From: Trichodelitschia bisporula
Lineage: Eukaryota
Assembly (NCBI GenBank): GCA_010356995.1
Contig: ML996695.1
Location: 1,001,061-1,060,084 of the forward strand
Reading direction: 5' to 3'
Length of the DNA stretch: 59,024 bases
The notes under the pieces were generated by a model. The model did no database searches, was not told the origin of the DNA, and was given only the letters and a program-made list of their open reading frames with translations. Each line of letters begins with the position of its first letter. The first letter of the stretch is position 1. This document shows, piece after piece, positions 1-13,555 of this stretch. The position numbers and the translations under genes were made by a program.

Positions 1-71
1 AACTGCGCCAAAATAAAGGCCTCACAATCCCTGTCCCTCAACCCCACACAAGCCGTACAAACCACCCCCGA

Positions 72-1582
72 CTAAGTTTGACTCTTCACCATCCCGATCT
101 TGAACACCGGACTCTCCATCGCCTTCTCCCAATCATGCAACATGTGCGTATTCGCTATGCTAAGCCTGACCTCCTCCCCGGCTCTCGCTCTCATCTCCCC
201 TTCCCAAACCCCAACCTCCTTCCCTAACCCCTCCCCCGCCCTCTCTCCCCATCCTTTTACTATAGCCCCGACTAACCCCGCCGCGTCCGCCATGCTGTGA
301 TTCAGCCCCTGCCCGCGCTGGTAGGTCATAACGTGCGCCGCATCCCCCGCGAGCGTGACCCGGCCCCCCGAGTCCCAGGTGTGTCCCTCGGCGCCGGGAT
401 CCCATTCTGCCATCCCTACGGCCCAGACGCGCGCATCTTCGGGTAAATTCGCAAACGCCGTGCGCCAGGGCTCGGCGAAGGGCGCCTCACCTGCAAGTTT
501 CTGCGCTTCAGAAGCGAGAATCTTGGGGTCGGTTGGTGCGGGCGCGTCGACGTGGAGGTTCGTGGTTGGCAGGGTTGGGCGGGAGATGTAGAAGAAGAAG
601 AGCCAGGAGGATGGATCTTCGGGATCGGCGATGTGCTGCGCGCCTAGGAAGGAGAAGTATCCGCCTGGATGGACGCCGGCTAGATAGAGTGGGTGGGCTT
701 CGCGGAGCTTCAGGGCGATGGGGGCGGGGAAGGAGGCTTGCGCGAAGGTTGCGGTTATGGGGAGATGGTTTAGTGAGGCCTTTTCGGCGCCTAGGAGGAG
801 GGAGCGGACGGTGGAGCGCGGGCCGTCTGCGCCGATTATTAGGCGGGCGGAGGCGGAGGTGCCGTTTGTGAAGTGTGCGGTGCTGAAGGAGCGGTCCGGG
901 GAGTGGGATATGTGGCTCAGTTGGTGGGAGAAGTGGATTGGGATATCGGTCGCGAGGAGCGTGCGCAGGGCGCGGCGGCGGAGGCGGTAGAAGTAAGGTA
1001 TGTTCATTGCGGTGAGCGGGGTGCCGGTTTCGGCGTTGAGGAAGGTGAGGGTGTCGAGGGGTTTCGTCGGGGTGTGAGGGTCGACTTGCGTGGTTTGGAG
1101 AAGGGAGATGATTGAGTCCGGGAGGAGGGATTGCAGGTGTGGCATGCCCCAGTGGAGACCCATGTTCCAGTCTCGCGGGTGGTGGGTTAGGGACGGGTGC
1201 TTTTCGTAGATGGTTACGGGGACGTTGGCCTGGTGGTTGTGTTGTTAGTTGGGGAGGGTGGAGAGGGCGAGGCTGAACGTACCTTCTTCAAGCCCTGCGC
1301 GATCGCGAGGCCCGTTGCACCTATACTCGTTAACACGGCGCAAAAGTCACACAGAGGGACTCTCAACCCACCAGCTCCAATAATGATAACCCTGTCCATG
1401 TCCGCACCTTCATTCTCGTCTACCCTCTCCGCGCCCGCCCCCTCACTCGACTCCCCACTCTCCCTCACCTCCCCTGCCGGCTGCCCCTTCGCCGCCTCCG
1501 CTGCTCCCTCCCTTTGCTTCGCTCGTGATTTCCCGCCGCCGAATAAGCCCATAACCGCATCAAACATGTCGCAGAACACCAT
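72..1582 (-). CDS. FAD-dependent monooxygenase (FAD_binding_3-like), 2 introns near the 5' end
   Basis: Spliced N-terminus RVIIIGAG/ATGLAIAQGLKK/ANVPVTIYEK gives the GxGxxG Rossmann motif; also IIGADG and VTLAGDAAH..TYQRGQGLNH motifs. Start is either 1582 or the ATG at 1399 (MDRVII). Confidence 0.9.
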
Positions 1583-3985
1583 GGCGGCAAGAAGTCCCCG
1601 CGCGGGGACAGCCGCGGCTTATGAGTGATCAGAAACGGGATGATTACAGTCCGCTGCGGGCGGCTAAAGCAGCTAGCACACTAGCTCTCACGTCGGCGTG
1701 GCGCACGCGGGACAGGCGGGTCGGTAAGCCGGGAGGATGATAACTTCGGGCGATAGCTCGCAGACCTCGGCGGAAGCTCTTCCTTTGCTCAGACGCTGTC
1801 GACAGCTGCAGAAAAGGTCTTCCAACAGCCAAAAACCAGAAAGCAGAAAGCAGAAAGCATGCAATCCGCACGACTCGCGTCCCACCCCAGGATAAATACG
1901 CCTGCCGCTCCTCGCAGAGCCCGACGCTGGGCGGCGGGGAAAGGAGACAATCGCCGCAGGCAATGACAATCGACACACCAAGCAACCGCCTCCTCCCCTC
2001 CTCACGGGCAATGGCGCGTGGGGCAGGCACGCCCGCCGCCCGCCCACACTGCCCACCGCGTCGAACCGCGCAAGGCAAGGCCGGCCGCTCGCACGGCCGC
2101 TCGGGGTGGGATTGGATAGCGGGCGCCAGGCCGGCCCGGCGCGCGGGTTAGTGGCAGCGACGAGGGGCGGGGCTAAGCGAGGGGGAGGTAGGGGTGGGGG
2201 GATGAGGAGGGCTTGCTTGCACCTTCCTTCGGAAGGCTACGGACGGTTTGCAGAATGGTGCTTCCCGAAAGGAGGGATGGGGAAAGGGCACATCGGCCAT
2301 GTTAATGCCCATCGGCAGCCCGTTAGCTTGGCCCGCCGATGACGCGCCTTGCTCGCCGTGTTGCACGGCATGCCAGCGACGAGCGGGCGCGCTGCCCCGC
2401 CCGCCTGTGACGGCGACATTCCGCACGGCCCCCTGGGGTGCGTATTGCGGGTCTGTTTGCCGCGGTGGGGGGGAGCGCGGCTGGTTGCCCGACGAGCCGA
2501 CGCATGTTTGTTCCGCGGGCGGCTGCGGCGCGGACCGGAAGGCGCGGCTGTGGGCTATGAGGTGGGGGGGGGAGAGGACTTGGTTAGCGCGACTGCGTGC
2601 GGCAATTGGCGCGCGGAGATGGGCCCGGGTTTGGTTTGGGTTACGGGTGCAGAGCGCGGCCGGGTGAAGTTGCGGTTTGAGGCTTCACGTGCAGTGTGGC
2701 ATATTGGGGGGGGGGTCGCTCGGCTGCTAGATGGGTGGGGTGGGGGGTGAGGGGAATGTTTGCGAGGAATGAAGTTGTGCCGGTGCCGCAGCGTCGGGAT
2801 GCGTGCTTGCGAGCGAGGCGTGTGGTGTGGACGGCGGAGCGATGGTGCGATTCTGCATGCGATTGTCTGATAACATGCCGCATGCCGTGGATGGAAGCCT
2901 TGGTGTGTTCTTCTGCACCGATTCTGCTCCACAGCGTCGTTCTGTCGACGGTCAGTACAAGCTTCGGCTAGTTAAGGCCGGCGCGGCCACCGGCTCGTGA
3001 TAGCCCAATGTGTGGCCGGCATGAGTCTCACAAGGTCCATCGTTGTGTAGATCTGTTTGATCTGTTTCGGTATGCGAGGAGGGGGAAGGGGTAATAGCCA
3101 TATGCTCTATCACGGCGGTGGAAGATACCGTGGATACGTATGCAGGTGCTCCCCCGCCACACGCGCCCGCCAACTGGGCTTCGTATGCGGCCAGCTTCTT
3201 TGAGGAACAAGTGCCGAAGCTACGGGGGGGACAAATGCAAACTGCGACTGTGTCTGCGCATGCGCTTGATTTGCTGCAGAATTATCGTTTGTGGGAAGAA
3301 TGACGGAAAGAGTTGCTTTGTGCGTGTCGACCAGTGAAGTCTCTTTCACATCTATCGAAGTCTCCTCCCTCTTCACCATCTTCACCTCTTTATCGTAGGG
3401 CCTAGTTCTAGCTCTAGGCCCCTTAATCCCCCCACTCTACGTCCCAAGTGCAGCGGCTCAACGGGCACCACCGCTAGCGACGCCGCTCCTCGTGGCATCT
3501 CCGCACCAACCGAACATCTCCCCAGTGGGGAAACTTCCTCTCTCCAGTACTGTCCTACTGCTTCTCACTGCAAATCATCCTAACTCCCACCAGCTGCACA
3601 TTATCCCAAACATCACGATTGTGCCCGACACCGCTGACCCAGCATCCGGGAATACTATCACACCAAACTCCCAAATGCGGCCACAAGAAACCCATCAGCC
3701 CGGGAGCTTCGGGTTCTTCCATCTCGCCTACTGACCCCCCCATCCATGTCCTCCTCGCCGTCGCCCAATCCCCCCCAATCCCTATCCCCGCTCCTCTAAG
3801 CTCCCTCCTCCCCATCCCTCCCACCCACCCCAAGTAAAAAAGACGTTAATACCTCCGCTCCTCTCCCTTCACCCGCTGCACCTCCGCCCCGCAGCCGTAC
3901 AGGACCTCCGCCCACCGCACCTCCCACCCGTCTAAACGTACCACCTCTCCTCCCCCCCTCCCCCCCGTCGCAAACCCCAGCGACC

Positions 3986-5540
3986 ATGTCCACCCACGCC
4001 TACCGCACGCCCACACCCGATCCCGACTCCAACGAGCACACCCCGCGCCCGCGCTACTTCACCCCGCGGCACGACGATCCCGCCGACGACGCCGACACCA
4101 CAGACGGCTACCACTCCGGCCCGCCCTCGAGCCACTCCGTCTCCGAGACACGCTTTCCCGCTTCGTCACAGGGCTACTCGGAGCGTGCGCCGAGCGAATC
4201 GGCCACCAGTGCCTCGCTCGTCCCGCCTGCTGAAGACGCTCTAGCTTCCGCTCCTGCGCCCGATCCCGTCATGGCTCACGGCCCCGGCACGTTGTTCCTG
4301 CCTCCGCCCGGAGAGGTTGAGGATCGGTTTGACCAGGACTCGGCGTATGATGAGGAGAGTCTGCTGGGGGACGACACAATGACGCTGGCGTCGTATATTA
4401 CGAATTATCGGTATGAGAATGGGAGGAGATATCACGCTTATCGCGATGGCGCATATTGGGTGAGTGCAGGGGAGGCGGGGGCGGGGCAATTGCTTCGTCC
4501 CTGCATGGAATTGTGGGGCAGCGCTGATCGTTGTAGGGCCCGAATGACGAACCCGCGAGCGAGCAGATGGACCTCGCGCATCACATGTACGCCCTTACAC
4601 TCGATCAGAGGTTGCATCTCGCGCCAGTGCAAAATCCCGGGGTAGGCAGACACAGTTGCGCTTATCGTGGCCTGGCTAACTTGTCCAGCGCATATTAGAT
4701 GTTGGCACTGGCACGGGAATATGGGCAATGTGCGTTTCCTCCCACGCATTTCGTATGCCAACTAACGCAGCGCAGCGATGTCGCAGACCAATATCCTGAT
4801 GCCTACGTCCTGGGCGTAGACCTCTCGCCCATCCAACCCGAATTCGTGCCACCAAACTGCACGTTCGAAGTCGATGACGTGACACTCGACTGGGTGTTCG
4901 ACGAAGGGTTCGACCTAATTCATATCCGCGAGATGTTCGGCTCAATACCCAACTGGTCGTCCTTTCTGCAACAGGCGTACCAGCACACCAAACCCGGCGG
5001 GTGGGTCGAGATCGTGGAGCACTCGGTGCACCCGGTCTCGGACGACGACACCGTCGGGCCCGATCACTTCTACAACCTATGGGGTCGCACGGTCATCGGG
5101 CTGGGGGAGAAGTTTGGCAAGCCGTTCACCATATGGGAGGAGGCTAAGGGGCTGATGGAGGAGGCGGGCTTTGTAGATGTCGTCGAGGTGCGGTATAAGT
5201 GGCCCATGAACGGCTGGCCTGCCGACCCGCTGCAGAAGGAGCTGGGCCGGTGGAATCAGCTCAGGTTGAAGATTGGCATTGAGGGGTTTATGCTAAGGTT
5301 ACTGACGACTGTGGGCGGGGTATGTTTTTGCTTCTAGCTGCCCAGGGCAAATGCTGATAGGGGCTAGTGGTCCATTGAGCGGGCGCAGCTTTTCCTCGCT
5401 CAGATGCGCAAGGAGATCTCGGACTATTCTACCCACGCCTACCTCCCTGGGTCAGTTTTTGGACTGCGAATCTCGTTTGTTGGGGGCACGGCTAACAAGA
5501 GCGTAGTACCGTGGTCTATGGTCGAAAACCGTATAGCTGA
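3986..5540 (+). CDS. SAM-dependent methyltransferase, LaeA-like/TAM (Methyltransf_23) family, multi-exon
   Basis: YRYENGRRYHAYRDGAYW|GPNDE, ILDVGTGTGIWA, GVDLSPIQP..VPPNCTFEVDD, KPGGWVE, C-terminal VVYGRKP. First intron 4460-4536; stop TGA 5538-5540. Confidence 0.92.
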
Positions 5541-8500
5541 GCCTTGCACACGGCAAGGGCCATCCGGAAAAAGTCATGGTCGCCCCTTCCCCTCCCTTCA
5601 TGGCCTGTGCGTATCACACAGCGTAGGCCGTGGGGAAGGAGCGACCACGAGTCTTCGGGTGGTCCTTGGGCTCAGAAGAGCCCCCCTCCCCAACGCTCCG
5701 CTCCCCGTGGCCCATCTCTTCCAGTGACCCAATCTAGCGCACACGCCACCACGTAACATATCACGCTTCTTCGACGGCGTTCCCTCGGGTTTGGGCTGGC
5801 ACCAGCGGGCAAAGCGGCGTCTTCTAGACGGGAGAAGATGGAATGGAGGATATCCTATGTTCGGTACGGCGGTCAGGTTCACCGCCCAATGTGTATTTGG
5901 ATCAGGACAAGCGTAGGCGTTTGGAGTATGGCGATTCGGCCACATGGGTGGCTTGGGCGTTGGTGGGGTTTGGGTTGGTTGCCGCGCTCTCGCTAGGCCG
6001 GAGAGGGCTATTGATGCGGTGTAGCGAGGGGGAGGAAGGTGATGATAGCGAAGCGAGTGAGGGTATTTTGGGGTGCAGTGAGAGGGACGTGCATGAGCTT
6101 GATTGGCGATAGGGGCGACAGTGTAACGGTGGTCGATCGCGGGGCGCATGCTCCGCCGTCAAGCGCAATCGGCAGATGCCGTGATCCGATCAATGCCAGC
6201 CTCGTCCTGCCGTGGCGAAGTCCCACCGCAATGACTCCTCCATTGATAGCCGCTGCATCGTGGTGTGTCAATTCACCATCAGTCCCGCCTTCCCCGTGGG
6301 GGTCACCACGCGGCGTCGCGGTAGGTTCTGGAAGGGTTCTGGAAATGGATACAGTTTGGCACATCAATGGCACCATCACGGTCGTCGTCACCGTACTTAC
6401 GGCGCCGTCTATGGGTGTGAGCGGAGTTATGGCGGCTTAATCCCCGAACTTGGACTCGGCCCGTTGGGCCTGGCGTTCGGGCCGTACAGTGGCCCCAAGG
6501 GCCCAAGGGCTCATCGAAAAAGTCATTTCCACCCCAGCGACTAGACCTTTGCCAGATTTTAGAGAGAGGGGGACATGACTTTTTTTTTGGGTGGCCCTTG
6601 GACTGCAGACCGAATGGTGCGCGACGATGGATCGGCCTACAACGAGCGATGAACAGATGTCTCTAAACTCGGTCTACGGACACATTTCAATGCTGAGACT
6701 TCGGTACTTTACACTTAGCAAGTTTTGTCCAATTCTTCGTCTTGCTGTGAGTTGATGTCCGTTCCCGAGCCTGACGTGCGAGGTACTTGGCTTTCCAGCC
6801 GCGGAGGAGCTTTGTCACGGCTGAAGAATGCGATGCGGCGGTAGTGCGGCATGCATGCATAGTGGAAGAGACTTGCATGATGCCAATTGATTGCGCGCTG
6901 CAGTATGATTCAGTAAGGTTAGAAGTCGAGATCGTTGCGGTGTGTCCCGACGATGTACTTTACCCAGCGAACACTGTGATTCGATCAATTGCAGCGGCAT
7001 CCCTCCGCCCGAGCAATCACCGTGATCAAATCACGCCGTAAAGCCTCGTTCCTTGGTTGACGCTGCATCGTGAATGTCCCGGAGGCGTGCAGACTCTCCG
7101 CTTGGCGTCCGAATCATTGCAGTGACGGTGCCGGGAATTGACTCTTGACGGAAACTTTCGCCACGCGCCCTTGCCGTAAGTTCTAGAAATACTCTGAAAC
7201 ATAGCTGTGGAGATATTATCTTCACTGTCAATGTCGTAGTGATCGTCATCGCACCTTGCGACGGAGTTATCATCCCCTAACCCCCGTGCTCGGCCCGATG
7301 GCTGATAGTTCGGGCCGTAGACAGGGGTGGGAAAGCACGTTTGGGAGGTTAGTCACGGCTGAGAAATGCGATTCAGCGGCAGTGCGGCAGTGATGTCAGC
7401 GGAGTCGGTACTTCTTCGGATCGGATATTCATGCAAGAGCGATAGATGCAGGACAGGGATTGAGATCATGCGATGCCGCTTTGCGATGCGATAGTGACTG
7501 GCCCGGGGAAGATGCAATTCGAACCGAACCTGATCGCAGCTCTATCGCAGACGCTAACGTGCTGTGGTTCAGCTACGAAGGTGCTGTACGTTATGCAGCT
7601 CAGCTGCGAGGCTGAAGGTGAAAGTTCGCACTTCCGTAGACATGTTCAATTCCATGGCATCCAGCCCGGTGATTTGGAAGGCGTTCAACGCTTCTCATGC
7701 ACGATGCTGCAGCCTCAGACGCTAGTTCCAGGATATGTAAGCGATCTCCAGGTGACTAAACACCCCACGTCCCTGATTGACGTCACCCCCATGTCCAAAC
7801 ATTTCCCCCGCAACTGGACGCGCAAACAAACAAACTAACTGCATCTCCAACGCCCGCATCAAAACTCGCGTAGCCAACATCAGCCTCACGCAGTCCCACG
7901 CGCCAATGCCACTGCCACTCCCGCCGCCGCAATGCCGCATCTCCACCAAGTCCTCCGCACGCAACCCTTCACATGCTAGCAAAGAGACTGCCGCCCTTGT
8001 GCTCGTCGAAGTAAGCACGGTCTAGTAATTCAAGCACTTGCTGCTCCGCCTAGCCTCCGCTCGGCGAGCCGTTCGGCAAGCCGTGCTTACTGCTCGGCGC
8101 CGGAGGATAAGCCGGGCGTCGGCGTAGCGGCTCGGGCCACTGTTGTAAGACCGACGGGCTAGAACCAGCTGGTGAGTGCGCTCCGCAGCTATGTCTCCGC
8201 GGATGCGTGATCGAAGCGCATAAGCATACTTCGAGAACTGGGTTAGCGAACAGTGTATCGGGCACTTCCCCAGGGGTGACTCAAGCATCGGACTAGCAGA
8301 CGCGGCGAGCGGCCACCGGGGGCGCGGCAGCGCGGCAGCGGGGCAGGGCCGGTGATCGGCCGGTGTGCGCGTAGGGCTGAGCAGGGGTGTAGAGCGCCTT
8401 TATATACGGGCTTGGCGGCCTCGCGATTGCGCGATTGTGGGATTGGACTGGGGGGATTGCGGATCGAGAGGGATGACGGATGGGGATGGGAGGGTGGAGG

Positions 8501-9059
8501 TGTGATGCGCCGGTTTGGGCGGTGGAGGTTCGGTAGAGATGTGGGTGGGATGGAACGTCGTTGCCTCGAGCGCGGTGGGCGCGAAGAGGGCGATGAGCCT
8601 TCCGGACGGACAGTGGGTGCTAGATGCTGCCTTCGCTCGCTCGCCGCCGTGACGTGCGGACCATTCTAAATGGGCGGGTCTTACGAGAAAAGCTCGACTC
8701 TTACGGACGACGAGCGGTGTTCGCCTGGGCTGGAAGATACCGGTCTAATCCCCCTGTTCGCGTCCCGAACTGCCCTCTCACCGTCCCCGGTCGGACGGAA
8801 GGAGCGTCCAAGGAGCTAGAATGCACATCTGCAGCTCTCATCACGAAAGCGCGATGTGACATGCACGGTGTTGGGCCAGTGCTTGCTGCGGAGCTGTGTT
8901 CGCCATCACGAGGCTTCGCCTCCGCTGGGCATGTCCTCCGCAACGTGATATAAAACCAGCGCTGGGATAGCCTCACATCATCACCCCAGCCAGCCTGACA
9001 TTCCCAAATCCCATACCTCCTCCTTCTCCATCTTCCCACCACCCTCCCTCCAGTCCACA

Positions 9060-10051
9060 ATGGCCCAAGCCCGCATCCTCGCTCTCATCGAGCTCCTCCG
9101 CAGCCTGGACACGCACTCCGCCAGCACACCGCTGGAGGCACAGCACGCCCACATGCGCGCCCTAACCACAGACCTCGACGCCACCGGCGTGTTCCGCGAC
9201 CCCGCCTGGGCCGATTACCAAGTCTACGCCATCGACGTACTCCAGCGGCTCGCATTCCGCGACGCAGGGCCCGGCAGCCCCGCGGAGGTGGCGCACTGGT
9301 GCCTCAATCGCTGGCTGGCGCTCGCGACGGCGCAGCCGGGGAACGCGCGCGTGCTGCAGGGTGAGTGAGATATGCCAGGGCTCCTTCTAGAAGGTGGCAC
9401 GAAGCAGCGGTGACGCCTGCTTACCGTCGGACTAAGCATGGGTTCGGCGGGGTGTGCGCTACTTTCTTCTGCCTGCCTTGCCGTACCTTGCTTCGCCCCT
9501 TCGCTTCCTGACCTCCCACACCTTTGGCCACGCTGACACATCCAGGGATCGGCGAGTGGTGGCTCGCGCGGGCGCAGCCGTGGCTGACACGCATCTACAG
9601 CGACAGCAGCGAGAGCGACGGCACAGCGGGGGGCACGCGGCGAGCGCAGGAGTCGGAGCTGCCTCTGCACTCGGGAGACTACGTCGAGGCGCGGGGATTG
9701 TTGAATCCGGCGGTCGAATATCTACGGCGAGGCGCGGAGGCCGCTGGGCCGGGGGCGTCCGGACCGTTGCTGATATCGGTGAGTGGCAATGGGCAGGATG
9801 TTAGAGAACGTTGCTGATATTGTGGCGTAGGCTGCGCGGGCTCATATCGATCTGGGCAATGTGAGCCATCCGCGGGTCAATGCTGAGATATTCGCCCAGG
9901 CTGTAAGGTACCTGCGCGCGGCGAGGCAGGCGGGCGTTGTACTTCCCGAACATCTGCAGCGGTTAGTTCTTTGCTCCGACTGAGGATGCGGGGCCATGAG
10001 CTAACGGAGATTCATAGGTACCTGGATGAATATGGGAGTGTTGTTGATTAG
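9060..10051 (+). CDS. Hypothetical helical protein, 4 exons
   Basis: ATG in caATGG context after TATA-like TATAAAA (~8948); canonical GTGAGT/GTTAGT donors with CTGAC/CTAAC branch sites link ORFs 9060-9361, ~9547-9778, ~9831-9961 and ~10018-10051. Confidence 0.75.
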
Positions 10052-10752
10052 GCTTGGTTCGGACCGCGGGCATCTTCCGGCTATTTCGGGTCGTTCTAAA
10101 AGTTATGACGCGTTTGAGCGATTTGCTTGGAAATGAGGTGCGCTGCAGGTTGATTTGAGTTTAGCTGTTTTCCTGTTTTGCTGCTTGAGATCGGGTATCG
10201 CGGTACACCGGTCGTCGGCCTGAACAAGCGCCGTATGCCGGGCTGCATGCTCTGGACTTCGTGTCTTTTGTCATTCACTTTAAAATTGGACTATTGGCTT
10301 TTATATTTTCTATCTTTGTATACGAATTAGCGATCTAGACTCTCACAATTGCATCAACAAACCCGTTTCTCTCTGCCCATCTCCTCCCGCTTTACCCGAC
10401 ATGACGTCCAGCCAACCCCGGCCCGTGCACAAACGCGGAACTACCCCGGCCCGCTTCCCCAACCCACGCCAAACTCCCCCGTCGCAATCTCTCCGCGCCG
10501 ACCCATCACCCGGGCAAAGGAACAGACAGCAATAACGTCACAGCTTAGGCCAAAGCCCCATCGCTGATCAAAAAAGCTCTCATCGCACACCAACAAAAGC
10601 TCTCGACCCTACTCGTCCTTTATCGAAGATCGTCCCCCCTCGCCACCGGCCTCATCCCACCCTTGAAACCCGCAACCTCATCGACATCCGTAAGCCCCGT
10701 ATCTTCGTCACAAACCCGACCGCCCTACACCAAACTCCATACCACCGCACCC

Positions 10753-11146
10753 ATGGCGTCAATGCTCGAGGAACGTGCCCTCGCCCTGAAGCCTATAGTC
10801 GGCGAGTCCATGGCGCACAATGCTCGCGTAAGCACGATCCCTCCACCAACTAGGTAGCCCGATTGACCCCCTCCCCCCGCAGACCGTCTCCAACATCCGC
10901 AACCTCACGGCCTCCCTCTTCGGCGTCGCCGCCGGCGTGCTCGGCCTCGAATCTTACCCGGGCTTCGCTTTCTTCGCGCTGGGCACGCTGCTCGTATCCG
11001 CGCTCGTCGCGCTGCTGCGCACAAACGGCAATCCTAAGGCGTATTTCTACCGCCCTGTGCAAGACTTGTGGGTTGGAGATGTGCTGGGCGGAATGAGCAG
11101 CTTTGTGCTCACTTGGACGCTGTTCTATGGGCTTGTGCGAGCGTAG
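10753..11146 (+). CDS. EMC6: ER membrane protein complex subunit 6 (Rab5-interacting family)
   Basis: MASMLEE..IVGESMAHNAR|TVSNIRNLTASLFGVAAGVLGLESYPGF...SFVLTWTLFYGLV; intron 10828-10882. Confidence 0.92.
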
Positions 11147-11296
11147 GGGGCTGGATGCGAGGATGGAAGGGCATGTACAGGCGTGGCGTTTTGGTGTTTT
11201 GTCGGGACAATACCTGGTTCAGGGGGAATATGTACATATAGCAGTCACACGCATGGATCATAGATGCGAAAAAAAAACCACTGGCATTGACGCTCC

Positions 11297-12924
11297 CTAT
11301 ACGGTGATCATTACTGACGCGTTCTTATACCAACCTAATAGCGGATTCTCCCCACTCTGTGTCTGCGTGTCCTCGATGTACGCCCAGCGCCGCACAAAGT
11401 CCTCGTGGGTCAGCACACGCGTCAGTTTGCCCGTGATGGCGCGGTACACGTCCTCCATGACCCTGAAATCTGTCGGGAATAGAATGTCGAAGTAGCCCTG
11501 CTGGACCTGTTCATCATTAGCATGGTGGCACAGAAAACGGCAGTGAAGGACACTCACCAACGGCGTGCGCACCGGCACCGTCCGCCGCTGATACCGCGTC
11601 TGCACCACGGGCGCATTGACACCGGCAATCGCATCAGGCAGGCTGTGGAAGTCGCTCGAGAGCAGACGGTGCGCAGGGAAGTAGTTATGCAGGATGTCGA
11701 AGAACTGCATCAGCCGAGTAGGAATGTACTCTGGCTGGGTCAGGTTGGCGGCACCGGGCAGGTTCTGGCGCAACCGGCGCAGCAGCCGCGGGCTGCTCAG
11801 CGGATGGGCGAAGGGCGTGCGGCACGCGATGTCGCGCACCTGCAAGAAGCGCTGTGCCACCGGGTCCAGTGCTAGCTCGTACATCTCGTACATCTCGCCC
11901 TGGGCGTCGATGAGGACGTTACCTTGAAGGGGGGTTTCGGTGATGGGGTCGTAGCGGAGCGCGTCATGGGCGAAGTTGTCGAAGACTTCGAGCGCCATGA
12001 AGAAGCAGGGTGAGGAGATGTAGGTGTCCCAGTCGAAGATAGACTTGTTGATGATAGTTACTTTGTCGAGGTGTCCGCGGGAGAAGGCCGAGTCGCGGAG
12101 GTGCTGCGACTGCAGCGAGGCGAGCGACGATGAGATTTCGATGATCTGGTATTTCGTCCGTTCGTACACCTCCGGGTGCTCGTCGCGGATGTAGTCTAGC
12201 ACGTTGAGCATCATGGTGCCGTTGCCGGCGCCCATCTCGTAGATCAGGAGGTCGTAGTACGGGTACAGCGACAGCTTGTAGTTGGTCACCATATAGCGGG
12301 CCATTGCCTCGCCGTAGCTGGGGCGGAACAGCTCCGTTGGTGTGTGCCACAGCTGGCGCGTCTCGTTGGGCTCCTTCTCGTCCAATTTATCCTCAAAAGC
12401 CGTGTACCTATCCCCCAACTGGCGGTAAAACTCTGGCTCATCTTTCATTTTTGGGAATTGGAACGGCTCGTCGAGGGTGAAGATGACGGCCTGCTTGGAG
12501 AAGTACCCATAATGCGGGTTATACAAGCTATCTACGGTGCATCAGCGGGAATGTCACCCACAACGCGCAGACGCCGCACACAGCAGGATAGCACACCTTC
12601 AATAAAGTCGCGCAGCAGCATCTTGACGCGACGGGGGCGCTGTTTCCGGCTGCGCAGCTCATCGGCCGTGACCATTGGGTAGCGCTTGAACTCGTCCATC
12701 TTGTCCTGGGGAAAGATATCGGTGCGCTGCTGCCAGCTCTTCTTATCCTTGAGGTCGAGTCCGTACTTGCGCTGGCGATCTTCGCCGCCCAGCATGATTC
12801 CGCGGCGCTGTTGGAGCGGCCCCGCCAGCTGGCAGCTGGGCCGTAGGCGGTGCGCTCGTAGCGTCGAGCATGTCTCGTGGGCGAAGAGCCGCCGGAGGAT
12901 GCGGTTGTAGTGTGGGGAGTCCAT
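11297..12924 (-). CDS. Mitochondrial protein arginine methyltransferase NDUFAF7/MidA family (DUF185)
   Basis: Arg-rich mitochondrial-like leader; [62 protein letters not shown]; two introns (~12532-12596, ~11508-11557). Confidence 0.9.
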
Positions 12925-13555
12925 GGTGCGGTGGGGGGTGGGTGTGAAGGGTCTGTGAAGATTGGAGGGTTGTGGCTCGGAGCTTGGAGCTTCCCGCGAG
13001 CGGCACCCCTCGCTTGCAGGCTTGACTAGTTCTAGTTCTACTCCGTAGGCGACGACATAACGAGGGTAAAATGTTCCACCATCACATCCCATCTTGGGAC
13101 ATATGTTCTTTTTCAGTTCGATTTAAGGTACTCAGAGGTACATGCGGCCTGGAGATGGGGAATGGGCAAATTTTCGACCTCTGGAAACATGCCCACCTCT
13201 ACGGAGTACTTCCATTCACATCTCGACCATGCCATTTCATCGACTCGCATTTGATACGACTCGCATACTGGTCATTGATCTCCCTCAAAGATCTGACGGT
13301 TACAAGTTTCTTATAATATCCGGCATTACGAGCTGCTCGCGCCTGTCCATGCCGCTCCAACCCTCCTCAGCTTGCTACTTTACGGGCCAGCTGGTCCTCG
13401 CATTGGATAACGAGCGTGAACCTTTCGGCGACGCTCCTATATTCGCAGTCCTGATGCCTTGGAAAAGGTTGTACGAGCCACTCTTACAGCATACCACACT
13501 CTAGGCTTTCACAACTGTCCCCTTCACCTCCGTCGAAGTGTCACCATCAAGCCTG

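Noticed and set aside
5598..6544. Overlapping ORFs downstream of the methyltransferase
   Set aside because: No recognisable motif or consistent splice model; a minus-strand gene is possible but unsupported.
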